A DNA stretch of 64,000 nucleotides, from NCBI RefSeq assembly GCF_018350175.1, contig NC_058383.1, positions 18,104,001 through 18,168,000 on the forward strand. Reading direction: 5' to 3'. A program made the position numbers and the translations under genes. This stretch comes from Felis catus. Taxonomy: Eukaryota. The notes beneath the pieces are model-generated. The model did no database searches and was not told the DNA's origin. It saw only the letters and a list, made by a program, of their open reading frames with translations. Positions 24,413-50,996 of the stretch are shown piece after piece (within the stretch, counting starts at the first letter, position 1; every line of letters begins with the position of its first letter).

Positions 24413-26769
24413 ACCTGAGAAAACCTAGGAGGGCTGGGGTGGGGAATCAGGACAATGGCAGGGAATGAAGGAGTTTGCTGACCAAAGTCAGATAAAAAGA
24501 TTACTGAGGAATGCTGGGAACTTAGCTAATAGCTATTAGAGGTCACAGTGGGGTTGACAGAGTATTGCACAGGGACTTGGGAAACCTAAGTCCTACCTCC
24601 CCTCGGCTACATGGCCTCAGTCAAATCTCTTAACCTCTCTGGGTTTCAATTACCCATTTGTAAAAGGAGCTTCTCTGGGTCACACGCTCTGTATGACCTA
24701 TCCAGCTCACACATGCTAGGAATCTAACAATTTACTGTTACATGAAAATAACTGGCCTCACTGTGTGGTGGTTGAATGTTAAATAGGGATAACTGAGATA
24801 TGTGTAGGAAGGAGGTCCCAGGCACATAGCCTGAGGTGGCCTGGAATGGGGGCACGTCTGAGGCCTTTCCAAGTAGGGAATACTCTGGAATGAAGGGCCC
24901 AAAGGCCCACAAACTACAAAGAGAACCCACAGCTCCTCTGATGGCAACTGGAGATGAAAGGCAATCTCTCAAAAAGAAGAGCCCACCCCCGGCTAGGGGC
25001 GCCTGGCTGGCTCTGTTGGTAGAGCACTGGATTCCTGAACTTGGGGTTGTAAATTTCAGCCCCATGTTAGGTATAAAGGTCAGGAAGAAGAAAAAAAAAA
25101 AGACCCTTCCCACCCTACCCTGACCCTCCCTACAGGAGGTCACCAAATTAACTGGGTGATATGACTGCTTCCCGGTTTGGACCATCATGGACCCCCCAGT
25201 GGCTGGTACTGAGTCCTCAAGCTCCCACTGCAGAGTGGAGCAATGAAAGAGCCATTTTAAGGAAACGCAGGGCCAGGCCTCTTGAGCAGTCCCAAGAATA
25301 GAGAAGCCCCAATATGCACAAGCTGATGCAGTCACCCAGGAGACAGCTAAGGTCAACTCCCTAAGCAATCACCACCCACAAAACAACCCAACTATCCAAG
25401 AAAGAGAAGACTCCCCTTGGACTACAGTTCGTGGGTTTCAAGAAAGTTTTGAGCCCAATAAATTCAAGTCCAGCCAATGAGACGATGTGATCCTTGGCGC
25501 TGTCACGTGTAACGTGATGGGGAAGGACACCAAATATAGATCGATTACTAACACAGCACGTATGAGAGAACATTTAAGGATCACTTCTGGTAGGAAGTCT
25601 ATATTAGCAGTCATACATGTTTTGGGGTGTGGTTATTTCAAGCAAAATAGTACAGAGAGACGAAAAATGGAAGAGGGACTTACATTTATTTTGCATCCAT
25701 TGTGACTTCAGGCACTCTGCAAAAAATACTTCATTTATTTATGACAACAATCCTATCGGAAGGTAGTAAGCATGGTCTCATTTTTCAGATGAAGTCACCA
25801 AGACAGAAATCAGTTACGTCTGTAGGTGGCTTAAGAGTTACAACAGCAGATGTCCAAGGCCTGTTGTGTCTCCTTCCCCTCCAGCCTTAACCCCCTGCTT
25901 ATTCCCCAGTAGGTGATAACCAAGCAAACCCAAACAAAAGCATGTTTGGTTTTTTCTCTGCTTCGGTTTGCCATTAAAGGAACTCACCCAGAAACCCTCC
26001 AAATCTTGGTGGAGCAAATGAAAGTGAGATTTCTTGGAGTCAGTACAAAGTAGAGCTCTGGAAAATTACATGGCTTCATTCAGTCATATTACAAATATTC
26101 ATTAGGTGCCTATGTGTCAAGCACTCTGCTACATGCTGTTACTTGTCCAAAGTCACGAACATAGCATAGAGCAGAGTTAGGATTGAACCCAGGTCTTTCT
26201 GACATTGAAATGTGGGCATTTTCCACATGTCTGATTTTCAAACGTCTTAGAAACAAAGTCTTGGACAAGATTTTCCAGTCTGAAGATCCTACAATTAGAA
26301 AACCACGCCATGATGGGGTGTCTGGGTGGTTCAGTTGGTTGAGCTTCCAACTTCGGCTCAGGTCATGATCTCACGGATCGTGAGTTCAGGACCCGAGTTG
26401 GGCTCTGCGCTGACAGCTCAAAGCCTGGAGCCTGCTTCAGATTCTGTTTCTCCCTCTCTCTCTGCTCCTCCCCATCTCGTGCTCTGTCTCTGTCTCTCTC
26501 AAAAATAAATTAACATAAAAAAAAAAGAAAGAAAACCATGCCATGCTTCTGCACATGAGTTCTGACAAATATATATGCCTGTGGAACCCAAACTCCTCCA
26601 TCAAGATACCATCATCAAGATGTCACCATCACTGCCCAAAATATTCCTTCTGGGCCTTTCCCAGTCACTTCTTGCCCTCAACTCCCAAAAGGCAACCACT
26701 TTTCTGACTTTTTCCACCATAGCCTAGTTTAGCCTGTTCTGCATTCAAACTGTTGTTATATATTAGACA

Positions 26770-26925
26770 GCATGGAGCACTTGGAAAACCTCACTGTACG
26801 CCCCTGAGAGAATGAGTGAAAAGGCAAATAACATCTTTAGTATCATGAAAATTGCTTTAACTCTGTAGAGGCCAGGGGTCCCCAGACTACATTTTGAGAA
26901 TCCTTGCTCTAGGGAATACAAGATC

Positions 26926-26964
<39 letters not shown>

Positions 26965-28855
26965 GCACACGTGTGCTCTAGGGAGAGGGGCAGAGGGACA
27001 GAGAGAACCTTAAGCAGGCTCCATGCTCAGCGCCTAGCCTGAAGCAGGGCTCACTCCCATGAACCTGGGATCATGAGCTGGGCTGAACTCAAGAGTCTGA
27101 GCACCCAGGCGCCCCATGCTGTAAATGTGAATGTGCCACTCCGTTTTGTCTTCTCGAGGCGTCCTCTGCAGTGAGCAGGTCATGCTTGCCCATGCACAGC
27201 ACCCCTTCAGAGCCCACCTCCGTGCCTTCAGTAAAGGACCTGCGGTTCCTTTTAGGGACCTCCCCCCACCCCCCCAACCCCCATAGCTCTTATACAGAGT
27301 CTATGACGTGAAGGAAAAGGATGTCCACCTGGCAGACTGGCAAGGCTTCCTGGCCACCCGTGTGCTCTGTTATCTCTCCCAGGAGTCCTTCCCCACCTGG
27401 CCCCCCAGATCTGGTCTTTTCCAGCGCCAATTCCCTTCTTCATCACTGCTGCTGTGTCTCTCACCCCAGATGATCCTCATTTATATCTTCCCAGGCTTAA
27501 AGGACAGAACCGTCTTCCTCGCTAACTAGTCTCCTTCCTGTTGTTATGGCGTAAACTCATGACTTTCCTCTGTTCTGCTTTGCTTCCCAAGGGTCTCATC
27601 TGGAAATTTGAAAAAAAAAAAAAAAAAAATCCACTACTTCTTTCTCTTCACCTGTCAGGTATTTCAGAACCTAATTTCCACCAGGCAAATGCACATCCTT
27701 AAAACCCTAGGAGGCAGATTCAACCATTAATCCCTTTTACCACCTCAGGAAATGGAGGCAGAGAGAGGCTAAACCCCTACCCTGGGTGGTCTGATACAAA
27801 GCCCTGTCCCTAAGCTATTTATTCAACCTAGGAAGTCCTGACTCCCTGACCTATGCTCTTTCCACTACTTCCGGCAGGTATCTTACCAAATTTCTGGGGA
27901 CTGGCAACAAATGTGAAAACCTGAAGAGCCTTTTCTGAAGTGTGGGGGGAGACCAAACTGCCAATGGTGTAAGTCCATAGTTTCCCAAGGGTAGTCTAGG
28001 AGATTCTGAAAGTGTCTCGGCCGAGGTGGGGGGTAGGGGGGGGAGGGAGTGTCCACAAGGCCAAAACCATTTTCATAATAAAACTAAGATGCCATTTGAC
28101 TTTTCTCCTTGCATCCTTACAGTTCTCAAGAAGCTATATGATGTACTGATATCACAACATACGGAATGCAGAAGCGGGCATGAGAATACAGCTATTTTCT
28201 CTTAAGCCAGACATATTTGAAAAAAAAAAAAAAAAAAAACGTAAAACAATGCCACTCTTCTCACTATTGTTTTGCTTTGGAAAAAATTTCCAAATTTATT
28301 TTTGGGGCGCACTTGGGTGGCTCAGTTGGTTAAGCATCCGACTCTCAGTTTCGGCTCGGTCATGATCTCATAGTTCATGAGTTCAAGCCCTGTGAGCAGA
28401 GCCTGCTTAGGACTCTCTCTCTGCTCCTCCCCACTCACTCACTCTCAAAATAAATAAACTTTAAATGGTAAATCTTATGGACATTTAAAAACTATCTTTA
28501 AAAGTAAAATGTTATATTCTGTGTAATAGGTTTGTTATTGTAACTTTGGGGGAAGATTTTTAAATGGAGGTACAATTCACTTATCATTTTTAAGTGTATA
28601 CTTCAGTGGTTTTTAGTATATTCACCATGCTGTACAACTATCACACTAATTCTAGAACATTTCTATCACCCAGAAAGAAACTCTACACCTAACTAATAGC
28701 AATAATCCTAATTCACCAACACTTCACCAACTTCTGATCTACTCTGTCTCTATGGATTTGTTACTGCAATTTTTAAGTGCATTAATAAACATTTAAAATT
28801 TGTTTTCTTTTTTGTAAAGTTTATTTATTTTGAGAGAGAGAGCAAGAGGGGTAAG

Positions 28856-28907
<52 letters not shown>

Positions 28908-29526
28908 AGGGGAGTGAGAGAATCCCAAGCAGGCTCCACAGTTAGCACCCATTCCGGGCTCAAACTCACTAACCCTGAGATCGTGAGGTGAGCTGAAACC
29001 AAGAGTTGGGAGTTTAACCACCAGAGCGGAGCCACCCAGGCACCCGTTTTAATTTCTAATACAATAAGTATGAAGACACAACCCATATAAACAAAGGATC
29101 TCTTGGGCCTCAATTTTTTAAAACATTTTTAAATTATTTTAAATTATTTTTATGTTTATTCATGTTTGAAAGAGAGAGAGACAGAGCACAAGCAGGGGTG
29201 GGGCGGAGAGAGAGGGGAACACAAAATCTGAAGCAGGCTCCAGGCTCTGAGCTGTCACTACAGAGCCCGATGTGGGGCTGGAATTCAGGAACCGTGAGAT
29301 CCTGACCTGAGCGGAAGTCAGACGCTCAACCGACTGAGCCACCCAGGCGTCCCTTAAATTAACTTTTAAGTAATCGCTACACCCACCCTGGGGCTGTTAT
29401 TTACAACTCCAAGATCAAGAGTCGCAGGCTCTACCTACCTACAGAGCCAGCCAGGTGTCCCTGAGGCCTCATTTTTTTTTTTAACAATGTAAAGGATTCC
29501 AATGCCAAAAAATTTGAGAACCGCTG
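26770..29526. mobile_element. Charlie1-family hAT remnants (minus fragment ~26770-26910; plus copy ~27970-29526 interrupted by four Can-SINEs and an L1 piece)
   Basis: GAATGCAGAAGC..ATGAGAATACAGCT..TTAAGCCAGACAT..AAAACAATGCCACTCTTCTCACTA and terminus TTTGAGAACCGCTG resemble Charlie1 as recalled. Confidence 0.65.
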
Positions 29527-30553
29527 GTCTAACACTTGTTTTGTTTAATAGTCTAGACATGTCTAACCCAGGGCTCTATCAGGAGCTCAAAGATGGGACA
29601 TTCATCCCTGGTTAAGCTTCCATTCATTCCTGGTTAAGGACTTCACAGATGGCTGAACGCCTAGGACACTGGGACCGTGGATGAAGCTAAGTAACAGACT
29701 GAACATGCCTTTAAGGCTCACTCCGATATATTGAGTTACAAAGCAAGGAACATCCGAGACCAGCCCCCCTCCGCTCAGATTTGACATAAGAGGAGACATG
29801 TCACCTGATATCTGCATGGTGATGTGGGCTTAGCAAGAGGGGGAGTGTAACGCGACTGTCTACAAACCAGACAGCGCAGGCCAGACCTACAGAAGTGACC
29901 AGACGGTAAAGTACCGTGGACTGGCACTGAGTTCCAGTCCGAGAACCCACAAACCCACGAACCCACGGAACGCGAAACAAGCTGAAGCAAGAAACTGCTG
30001 AAAGTGAAACTCGCTTTGAATAACCCGTTTCCACGCACGTCTCCCTTTTTCATATAATCACCTCTTCTGCCACTAAAACAGCTAAAATTGTATTCAATTC
30101 AGGGAAATCTGGGAGTAAATCGATTAAGTGCCTTCGATCACTGCTTGATTAGTACCAAAATTCGTGGTTGAGGGGGAAACACGAGGCGAAAAGTCTGGAC
30201 TTACGCAAATCTACGACTCGAAAGCCGAAAGCCAGAAGGTACAGAGAGTCCAGTGCCCAGCGGCGCTCAGCAGCTCCTCCGACCGCCACCGCCGTCCAAG
30301 CCTCGGGCGCCAGAGTTCAAGCCACGACGCGCGCCGGGGCGTCCACCGCTGGGTGGCCATCCTGCGCGCATGCGTCCTCCGCCAGGGGAAACTTTTTCTT
30401 GCAGGACCCTGAGGCGAGCCCTAGAGGGCGGGATAGTTGCGAACCGCCGGCAGGGGCTTCCGGTAGCGAGTAGCCGTGATTGGTGGAGGCCAGGACGGGG
30501 GGCGGGGCACCGGGAAATTCGAATGGGAGAGGCGGGCCAACGGAGGGAGCGGA

Positions 30554-45053
<14,500 letters not shown>

Positions 45054-45118
45054 CTGCAGGCTCCTTTCCTCACTTGGCCATTTTTTTTTTAAATTCTCGT
45101 ATAACCGCGTGTCGTGTA

Positions 45119-45285
45119 AATACAGTTTTTACTCTGGTGCTTCAGCCTGATTCTTGGGACTACGGGGGTGGGGCCAAGGGTATAATCGCCCTTGGGATGG
45201 GCCACAAGCTCCGCCGCGTAACCTCTTTCGGCGCCATCTTTGGGAAGAGCAAGCAGGAAAGAAGCGGGGCAGGATTGTAAATAAA
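45119..45285 (+). terminator. KIF22: KIF22 candidate poly(A) signals (AATACA 45119-45124; AATAAA 45280-45285)
   Basis: Variant hexamer followed by a T-rich tract, and a canonical hexamer further downstream; which one is used cannot be seen. Confidence 0.55.
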
Positions 45286-45917
45286 CCGCTGGAATGGGGG
45301 AGAGGGGAAGGACGGTGGCCGAAAGGAATCAAAACACTAACGCAAAAGCCCCAGAAGGACGACCGTTAGGCGGGCGCGCGCTTCGTGTTTAGCCCCGCCC
45401 CATCCGTACCCCCGGCGCGCGCTCCCCTGTTCTCCCGCTCAGCAACGACAGCGGTTTTATGCGCGTGCGCGCGAAATAACGGCCGCTGGCGGAGGGAGGA
45501 GGGGGGTGGAATCTTTGAAGGGGGGGGAAGAGAGAAGCCGCCCTGTCTCCCGCGCGCCCACCACCTGCGCCATCGTCAGCCAATCAGCGGCCGTCTCAGG
45601 GGTCTCGCGCTTGGGGCGACTCGGGCTGCTGGGTGGCTCCCCCGTCCCTCCTCCCGCCAAGAGTCCCTCTCGTACCTCCCCCCTCCCGCTGGCCTCGCGC
45701 GCGCTCGCGCTCGCGCCCGCTCCAGCCTCTTGTGTGTCCTCGCGCCCCCCGCCCGCCCTCCCCGCGCGCAGTGTGCTCCGCTCCCCCCACCCTCCTCCTC
45801 CTTCCCCCCTCCCGCCCGCCCCGCGCGCCTCCTCCCTGGGTTCCCCCTCCCCCACCGCCGCCTCCTCCTCCTCCCGCCCCAGGGTGAGCTCGAGCCACCT
45901 CCCTCCCTCCCTCCGCC
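45230..45917 (+). promoter_or_regulatory. MAZ: MAZ CpG-island promoter / 5'UTR
   Basis: YY1 CGCCATCTT 45232-45240, CCAAT 45580-45584, many CCCTCCC (MAZ/Sp/KLF, G4-forming) tracts, no TATA. Confidence 0.75.
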
Positions 45918-45953
45918 ATGGATCCCGGCAACTGGAGCAGCTTCATCTTCCAG
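45918..45953 (+). CDS. MAZ: MAZ upstream alternative first coding exon (MDPGNWSSFIFQ)
   Basis: Strong Kozak GCCATGG, 12 codons, phase-0 donor CAG|GTAACA; resembles the VEZF1/MAZ family N-terminus. Confidence 0.75.
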
Positions 45954-46491
45954 GTAACAACCCCCTCCCCCCGCCCCCCCACCCCCCCTTCCCANNNNNN
46001 NNNNNNNNNNNNNNNNNNNNNNNNNNNNNNNNNNNNNNNNNNNNNNNNNNNNNNNNNNNNNNNNNNNNNNNNNNNNNNNNNNNNNNNNNNNNNNNNNNNN
46101 NNNNNNNNNNNNNNNNNNNNNNNNNNNNNNNNNNNNNNNNNNNNNNNNNNNNNNNNNNNNNNNNNNNNNNNNNNNNNNNNNNNNNNNNNNNNNNNNNNNN
46201 NNNNNNNNNNNNNNNNNNNNNNNNNNNNNNNNNNNNNNNNNNNNNNNNNNNNNNNNNNNNNNNNNNNNNNNNNNNNNNNNNNNNNNNNNNNNNNNNNNNN
46301 NNNNNNNNNNNNNNNNNNNNNNNNNNNNNNNNNNNNNNNNNNNNNNNNNNNNNNNNNNNNNNNNNNNNNNNNNNNNNNNNNNNNNNNNNNNNNNNNNNNN
46401 NNNNNNNNNNNNNNNNNNNNNNNNNNNNNNNNNNNNNNNNNNNNNNNNNNNNNNNNNNNNNNNNNNNNNNNNNNNNGCCGTGGCCGAGGCC

Positions 46492-49400
46492 ATGTTNNNN
46501 NNNNNNNNNNNNNNNNNNNNNNNNNNNNNNNNNNNNNNNNNNNNNNNNNNNNNNNNNNNNNNNNNNNNNNNNNNNNNNNNNNNNNNNNNNNNNNNNNNNN
46601 NNNNNNNNNNNNNNNNNNNNNNNNNNNNNNNNNNNNNNNNNNNNNNNNNNNNNNNNNNNNNNNNNNNNNNNNNNNNNNNNNNNNNNNNNNNNNNNNNNNN
46701 GTGGCGGGCCGGGCCGGGAGGGCGCCGACCCGCGGCCGCGGCCCACACGGCGCCTTGTCTTCGCAGGCCGCGCCGGCGCCCCCACCCACGCCCCAGCCCC
46801 CGGCGGCCGAGCCCCTCCAGGTGGACTTGCTCCCGGTTCTCGCCGCCGCCCAGGAGTCGGCCGCCGCCGCGGCCGCCGCCGCAGCTGCCGCCGCCGCCGC
46901 CGCCGTCGCCGCTGCGCCCCCGGCCCCGGCCGCCGCCTCCACAGTGGACACAGCGGCTCTGAAGCAGCCGCCGGCGCCCCCGCCGCCGCCCCCGCCGGTG
47001 TCGGCGCCCGCTGCCGAGGCCGCGCCCCCTGTCTCTGCCGCCACCATCGCCGCAGCCGCGGCCACCGCCGTCGTAGCCCCAACCTCGACGGTCGCCGTGG
47101 CCCCGGTCGCATCTGCCTTGGAGAAGAAAACAAAGAGCAAGGGGCCCTACATCTGCGCCCTGTGCGCCAAGGAGTTCAAGAACGGCTACAACCTCCGNNN
47201 NNNNNNNNNNNNNNNNNNNNNNNNNNNNNNNNNNNNNNNNNNNNNNNNNNNNNNNNNNNNNNNNNNNNNNNNNNNNNNNNNNNNNNNNNNNNNNNNNNNN
47301 NNNNNNNNNNNNNNNNNNNNNNNNNNNNNNNNNNNNNCGGGCGGCGGAGCGGCCGCCGTGGCCGCGGGTGGCGTGGTGACCACGACCGCCTCGGGAAAGC
47401 GCATCCGGAAGAACCACGCCTNNNNNNNNNNNNNNNNNNNNNNNNNNNNNNNNNNNNNNNNNNNNNNNNNNNNNNNNNNNNNNNNNNNNNNNNNNNNNNN
47501 NNNNNNNNNNNNNNNNNNNNNNNNNNNNNNNNNNNNNNNNNNNNNNNNNNNNNNNNNNNNNNNNNNNNNNNNNNNNNNNNNNNNNNNNNNNNNNNNNNNN
47601 NNNNNNNNNNNNNNNNNNNNNNNNNNNNNNNNNNNNNNNNNNNNNNNNNNNNNNNNNTGGGGAGGGAGGGACGGCTACGGAGGTGGCCTGGCCTTGGCTG
47701 GCGGGGAGGGAGGAGGTTTCTGAGGACGGGGACCGGGAGCCACTCCCCGGGAGGAGGGAGGAAAGCCTCTCCTGGTTACCAGGGAGCAGGGGGTGGTACT
47801 TAGCCAAGGAGGTGGGTCCTCCGGTTGTAAGAAAGCTTCGCGTGGGAGGAGGACCAGCCCGCCCTGCGTCAGGGGGAGGGATTTCCTGCCGCGCCAGCGC
47901 TCCGAAGCCTTGGGCTGGGGCGAAAAGGCAGGGATCTTTGGAAAGGCCGGTCGTGCTAAGTTGGGTAGAATTGGGAGCGCGTCCGCTCCCCAGGCCCCTA
48001 ACCCCAACCCCAACGTGTTCCCAGGCCGGATCACCTCAACAGTCACGTCAGACAAGTGCACTCAACAGAACGGCCCTTCAAATGTGAGGTAGGAAGCCCG
48101 CCGCCTCCTGTCCCGGTTTTCATGATTTTGATCCTCATTGTAGCTGTCTGAGCTCAGCCTCTCAGACCCCCTTTTTCTCTCTCTTCTTTTTGCTTTTTCA
48201 CTCCATTTTCTCATCTCTTCTTCAAGACCCTGTCATCTCACTCCCATTTCCTACAGATCAAAGATCCCCAAGGCTCTGATTCCTTTAACCTCTTGCCCCC
48301 CTCTCCCCACTCCCCAAAGCTTTAACTCTCCTGACACCCCCCACGCCCCTCCCCCCTTCCCCAGAAATGTGAGGCAGCTTTTGCTACGANNNNNNNNNNN
48401 NNNNNNNNNNNNNNNNNNNNNNNNNNNNNNNNNNNNNNNNNNNNNNNNNNNNNNNNNNNNNNNNNNNNNNNNNNNNNNNNNNNNNNNNNNNNNNNNNNNN
48501 NNNNNNNNNNNNNNNNNNNNNNNNNNNNNNNNNNNNNNNNNNNNNNNNNNNNNCTGGGAGGGCCAGGGACAATGGGTAGGGGACAAAGCCAGAGGCCCTT
48601 CCACAGACATGGGTTAAAGGTGTTGTAGTCCAGAGCTCATGGCATCTAGAGCCCTTTAGGAAGCAAATGGAACGACATCAGGAGGACTGAACCTCATTAA
48701 GTTTTGAGAGGTGTTGACTGGAGGAGATGACCTACCCGGAAGAGTCAGTCTCTGGGGGTGGGTAGGGAGGGTGGGAGCAGGACTCACTGCTGTGGGGAAG
48801 GAGTGGTCAAGAGCCAGTTCCCAAGGGTTGGAAGCCAGGGTTTCAGCTGTGTGGCCACATGTTCTGCTCTTCGGCTCCTGGGGCAAGCAGAGCGCGTTGG
48901 CAGGGGTTTAACAAGCTCGCGCCCTGCCCCAGGAGCAGAAAAAGCTGCTTTTAAACAGATTCACATATTCACGGAGTAATTGGGCTGAGACTGTATGGGG
49001 CCCTGGAGGGAGGGGACACAGCCGTCTCTGCTGAGGGTCAACTCTTCAAGTGGCTAGGAATCAGTGCGCTGTCATCCCGGAAGAGGTCCCCCAGCCACGG
49101 AGAATAGGCTCTGTGGGCACCAAGGCTAGGAAGCTGACACCACTCAACAGGCCCCAAACTTAGGGAGGGAATGTGCCCCACCAGCCCCAACAGAGTAGCT
49201 GGCCCCAGGCTACCAAGGATATGGTGGGAGGAGGACAGGGCCATCTGAGCAGGGCGTCCCCAGCCTAGGAGAACAGCCCCGTCTCTGGGGTCTCCACCTG
49301 GCTGACCCCCCATCCCCCATCCCAATCCACCCCCCCCCCCCAATANNNNNNNNNNNNNNNNNNNNNNNNNNNNNNNNNNNNNNNNNNNNNNNNNNNNNNN

Positions 49401-50040
49401 NNNNNNNNNNNNNNNNNNNNNNNNNNNNNNNNNNNNNNNNNNNNNNNNNNNNNNNNNNNNNNNNNNNNNNNNNNNNNNNNNNNNNNNNNNNNNNNNNNNN
49501 NNNNNNNNNNNNNNNNNNNNNNNNNNNNNNNNNNNNNNNNNNNNNNNNNNNNNNNNNNNNNNNNNNNNNNNNNNNNNNNNNNNNNNNNNNNNNNNNNNNN
49601 NNNNNGGGTTGTGTGGGACGAGGGGGCTCAAAGGGCCCAATAGGGGATCTCAGGAAGGCCAGGGATGCCCATCCATCACTGAAGTTAGGGAGACTTCTGG
49701 GGACAGGGAAGGCCCTTCAGGACAACTGGGTAAGGATGCAGGCGGAGGCCTCTGGGGACCAAACAGGAAGTGAGCAACGGCTGTGTCCCAGGGGAGGGAG
49801 TCTGGGAATGAGTCTGGGGCAGGGGGCGAGGCTCTTGCCTTTCAGATTGTACTGTGATCTCCTGGTGTTTCTCGCTGTGCAGGTACCGGTGAGGTCTGTC
49901 CTATGGCGGCGGCGGCGGCGGCAGCTGCAGCGGCGGCGGCGGCGGCAGCGGTGGCGGCTCCCCCGACAGCTGTGGGCTCCCTCTCGGGGGCCGAGGGGGT
50001 GCCCGTGAGCTCTCAGCCACTTCCCTCTCAGCCCTGGTGA
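46492..50040 (+). CDS. MAZ: MYC-associated zinc finger protein; canonical ATG 46492, exon from 46767, exon 48025-48088, exon from 48365, last exon 49883-50040; much of it in N gaps
   Basis: PLQVDLLPVLAAAQES(A)15, KGPYICALCAKEFKNGYNL, KRIRKNHA, PDHLNSHVRQVHSTERPFKCE, KCEAAFAT, GTGEVCPM(A)15VAAPPTAVGSLSGAEGVPVSSQPLPSQPW-stop. Confidence 0.95.
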
Positions 50041-50476
50041 GCTCCAGGTTGGTGGCGGGGAGAGCGGAAAGTGGAGGAAAGTCCCTTGGTACCGTCTCCT
50101 CCTCCCCTCTCTTCCCACCAACTCCTCACTACTTCCCCACCAACCAAGGAGCCTCCAGAAGGAAAGGAGGAAGAGATGTTTCTTAGGGGAATTCGCTAGG
50201 TTTTAACGATTTGTTTCTCCTGCTCCTCTCTTCTCCCTGTCAGACCTGACCCCACACAAACACCTGTCCCCTCGGTTGTGTTGAAGCCCCCTGGACAGTG
50301 GGCAGGGGTGGCAGAGGACAGGAGTGGCCACTGCCCTCACCCCCTCTCCTCTCTGTAACCCCCTGCCCTGCCCTTCCAGGGATCTGTGAGCCTTCTCCTT
50401 GATGGTCCTTGCTCTCCTCCTTCCATCTCCCCCCACCCCCCACTACTGTCTGCTGCCCCTCCCTGGGGAGTTGGTG

Positions 50477-50511
<35 letters not shown>

Positions 50512-50979
50512 CAGGGGGAGGGAGGAGAGGAAGGAGGGGAATCAAAGATTCTGTCCCGGAGGGGAAAAGGTGAGATTGGAGAAGGGGCAGAAGCAGGGAA
50601 GGCAACAGTAGTACCTTCATAAGGTGGGGTTGTTTAGGGTCAGGCCCTAAACATTGTCCTACTTAGAATCTGTCAGGGGAAAACACGTCAAGGGGAGCAA
50701 AAGAAGGAGCCACTAGGGCCAGAGGCAGGATAAGAGATGGAATTTTAGGGTGCCAGGGTAAACGGGGGGATCCAGGGACTAGAGGTGCTTCCTGGGGGTG
50801 GGGGGAATGCAGTCACAGTGTCTCCCCCGTCCCTCTTCCACCCCAGCTCCAGCCCTGGCCTTTTCTTTTCATCCCTCTCCCCCAAGACAGAAGCTGTGGC
50901 CCTGGCCATGTCATCGTGTTCCTGTGTCCCCCTGCATGTTCCCCACCCTTCATCCCCTCCTTTGCGCGGACCCCATTAC

Positions 50980-50996
50980 AATAAATTTTAAATAAA
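50980..50996 (+). terminator. MAZ: MAZ tandem poly(A) signals
   Basis: AATAAA 50980-50985 and 50991-50996. Confidence 0.8.

Noticed and set aside
24724-25368. 214-aa minus-strand ORF
   Set aside because: Crosses a SINE, has a non-ATG start and no recognisable homology.
45506-47807. Very long ORFs (400-765 aa) on both strands
   Set aside because: Artefacts of N gaps and stop-poor GC-rich DNA; only the MAZ frame has recognisable motifs.
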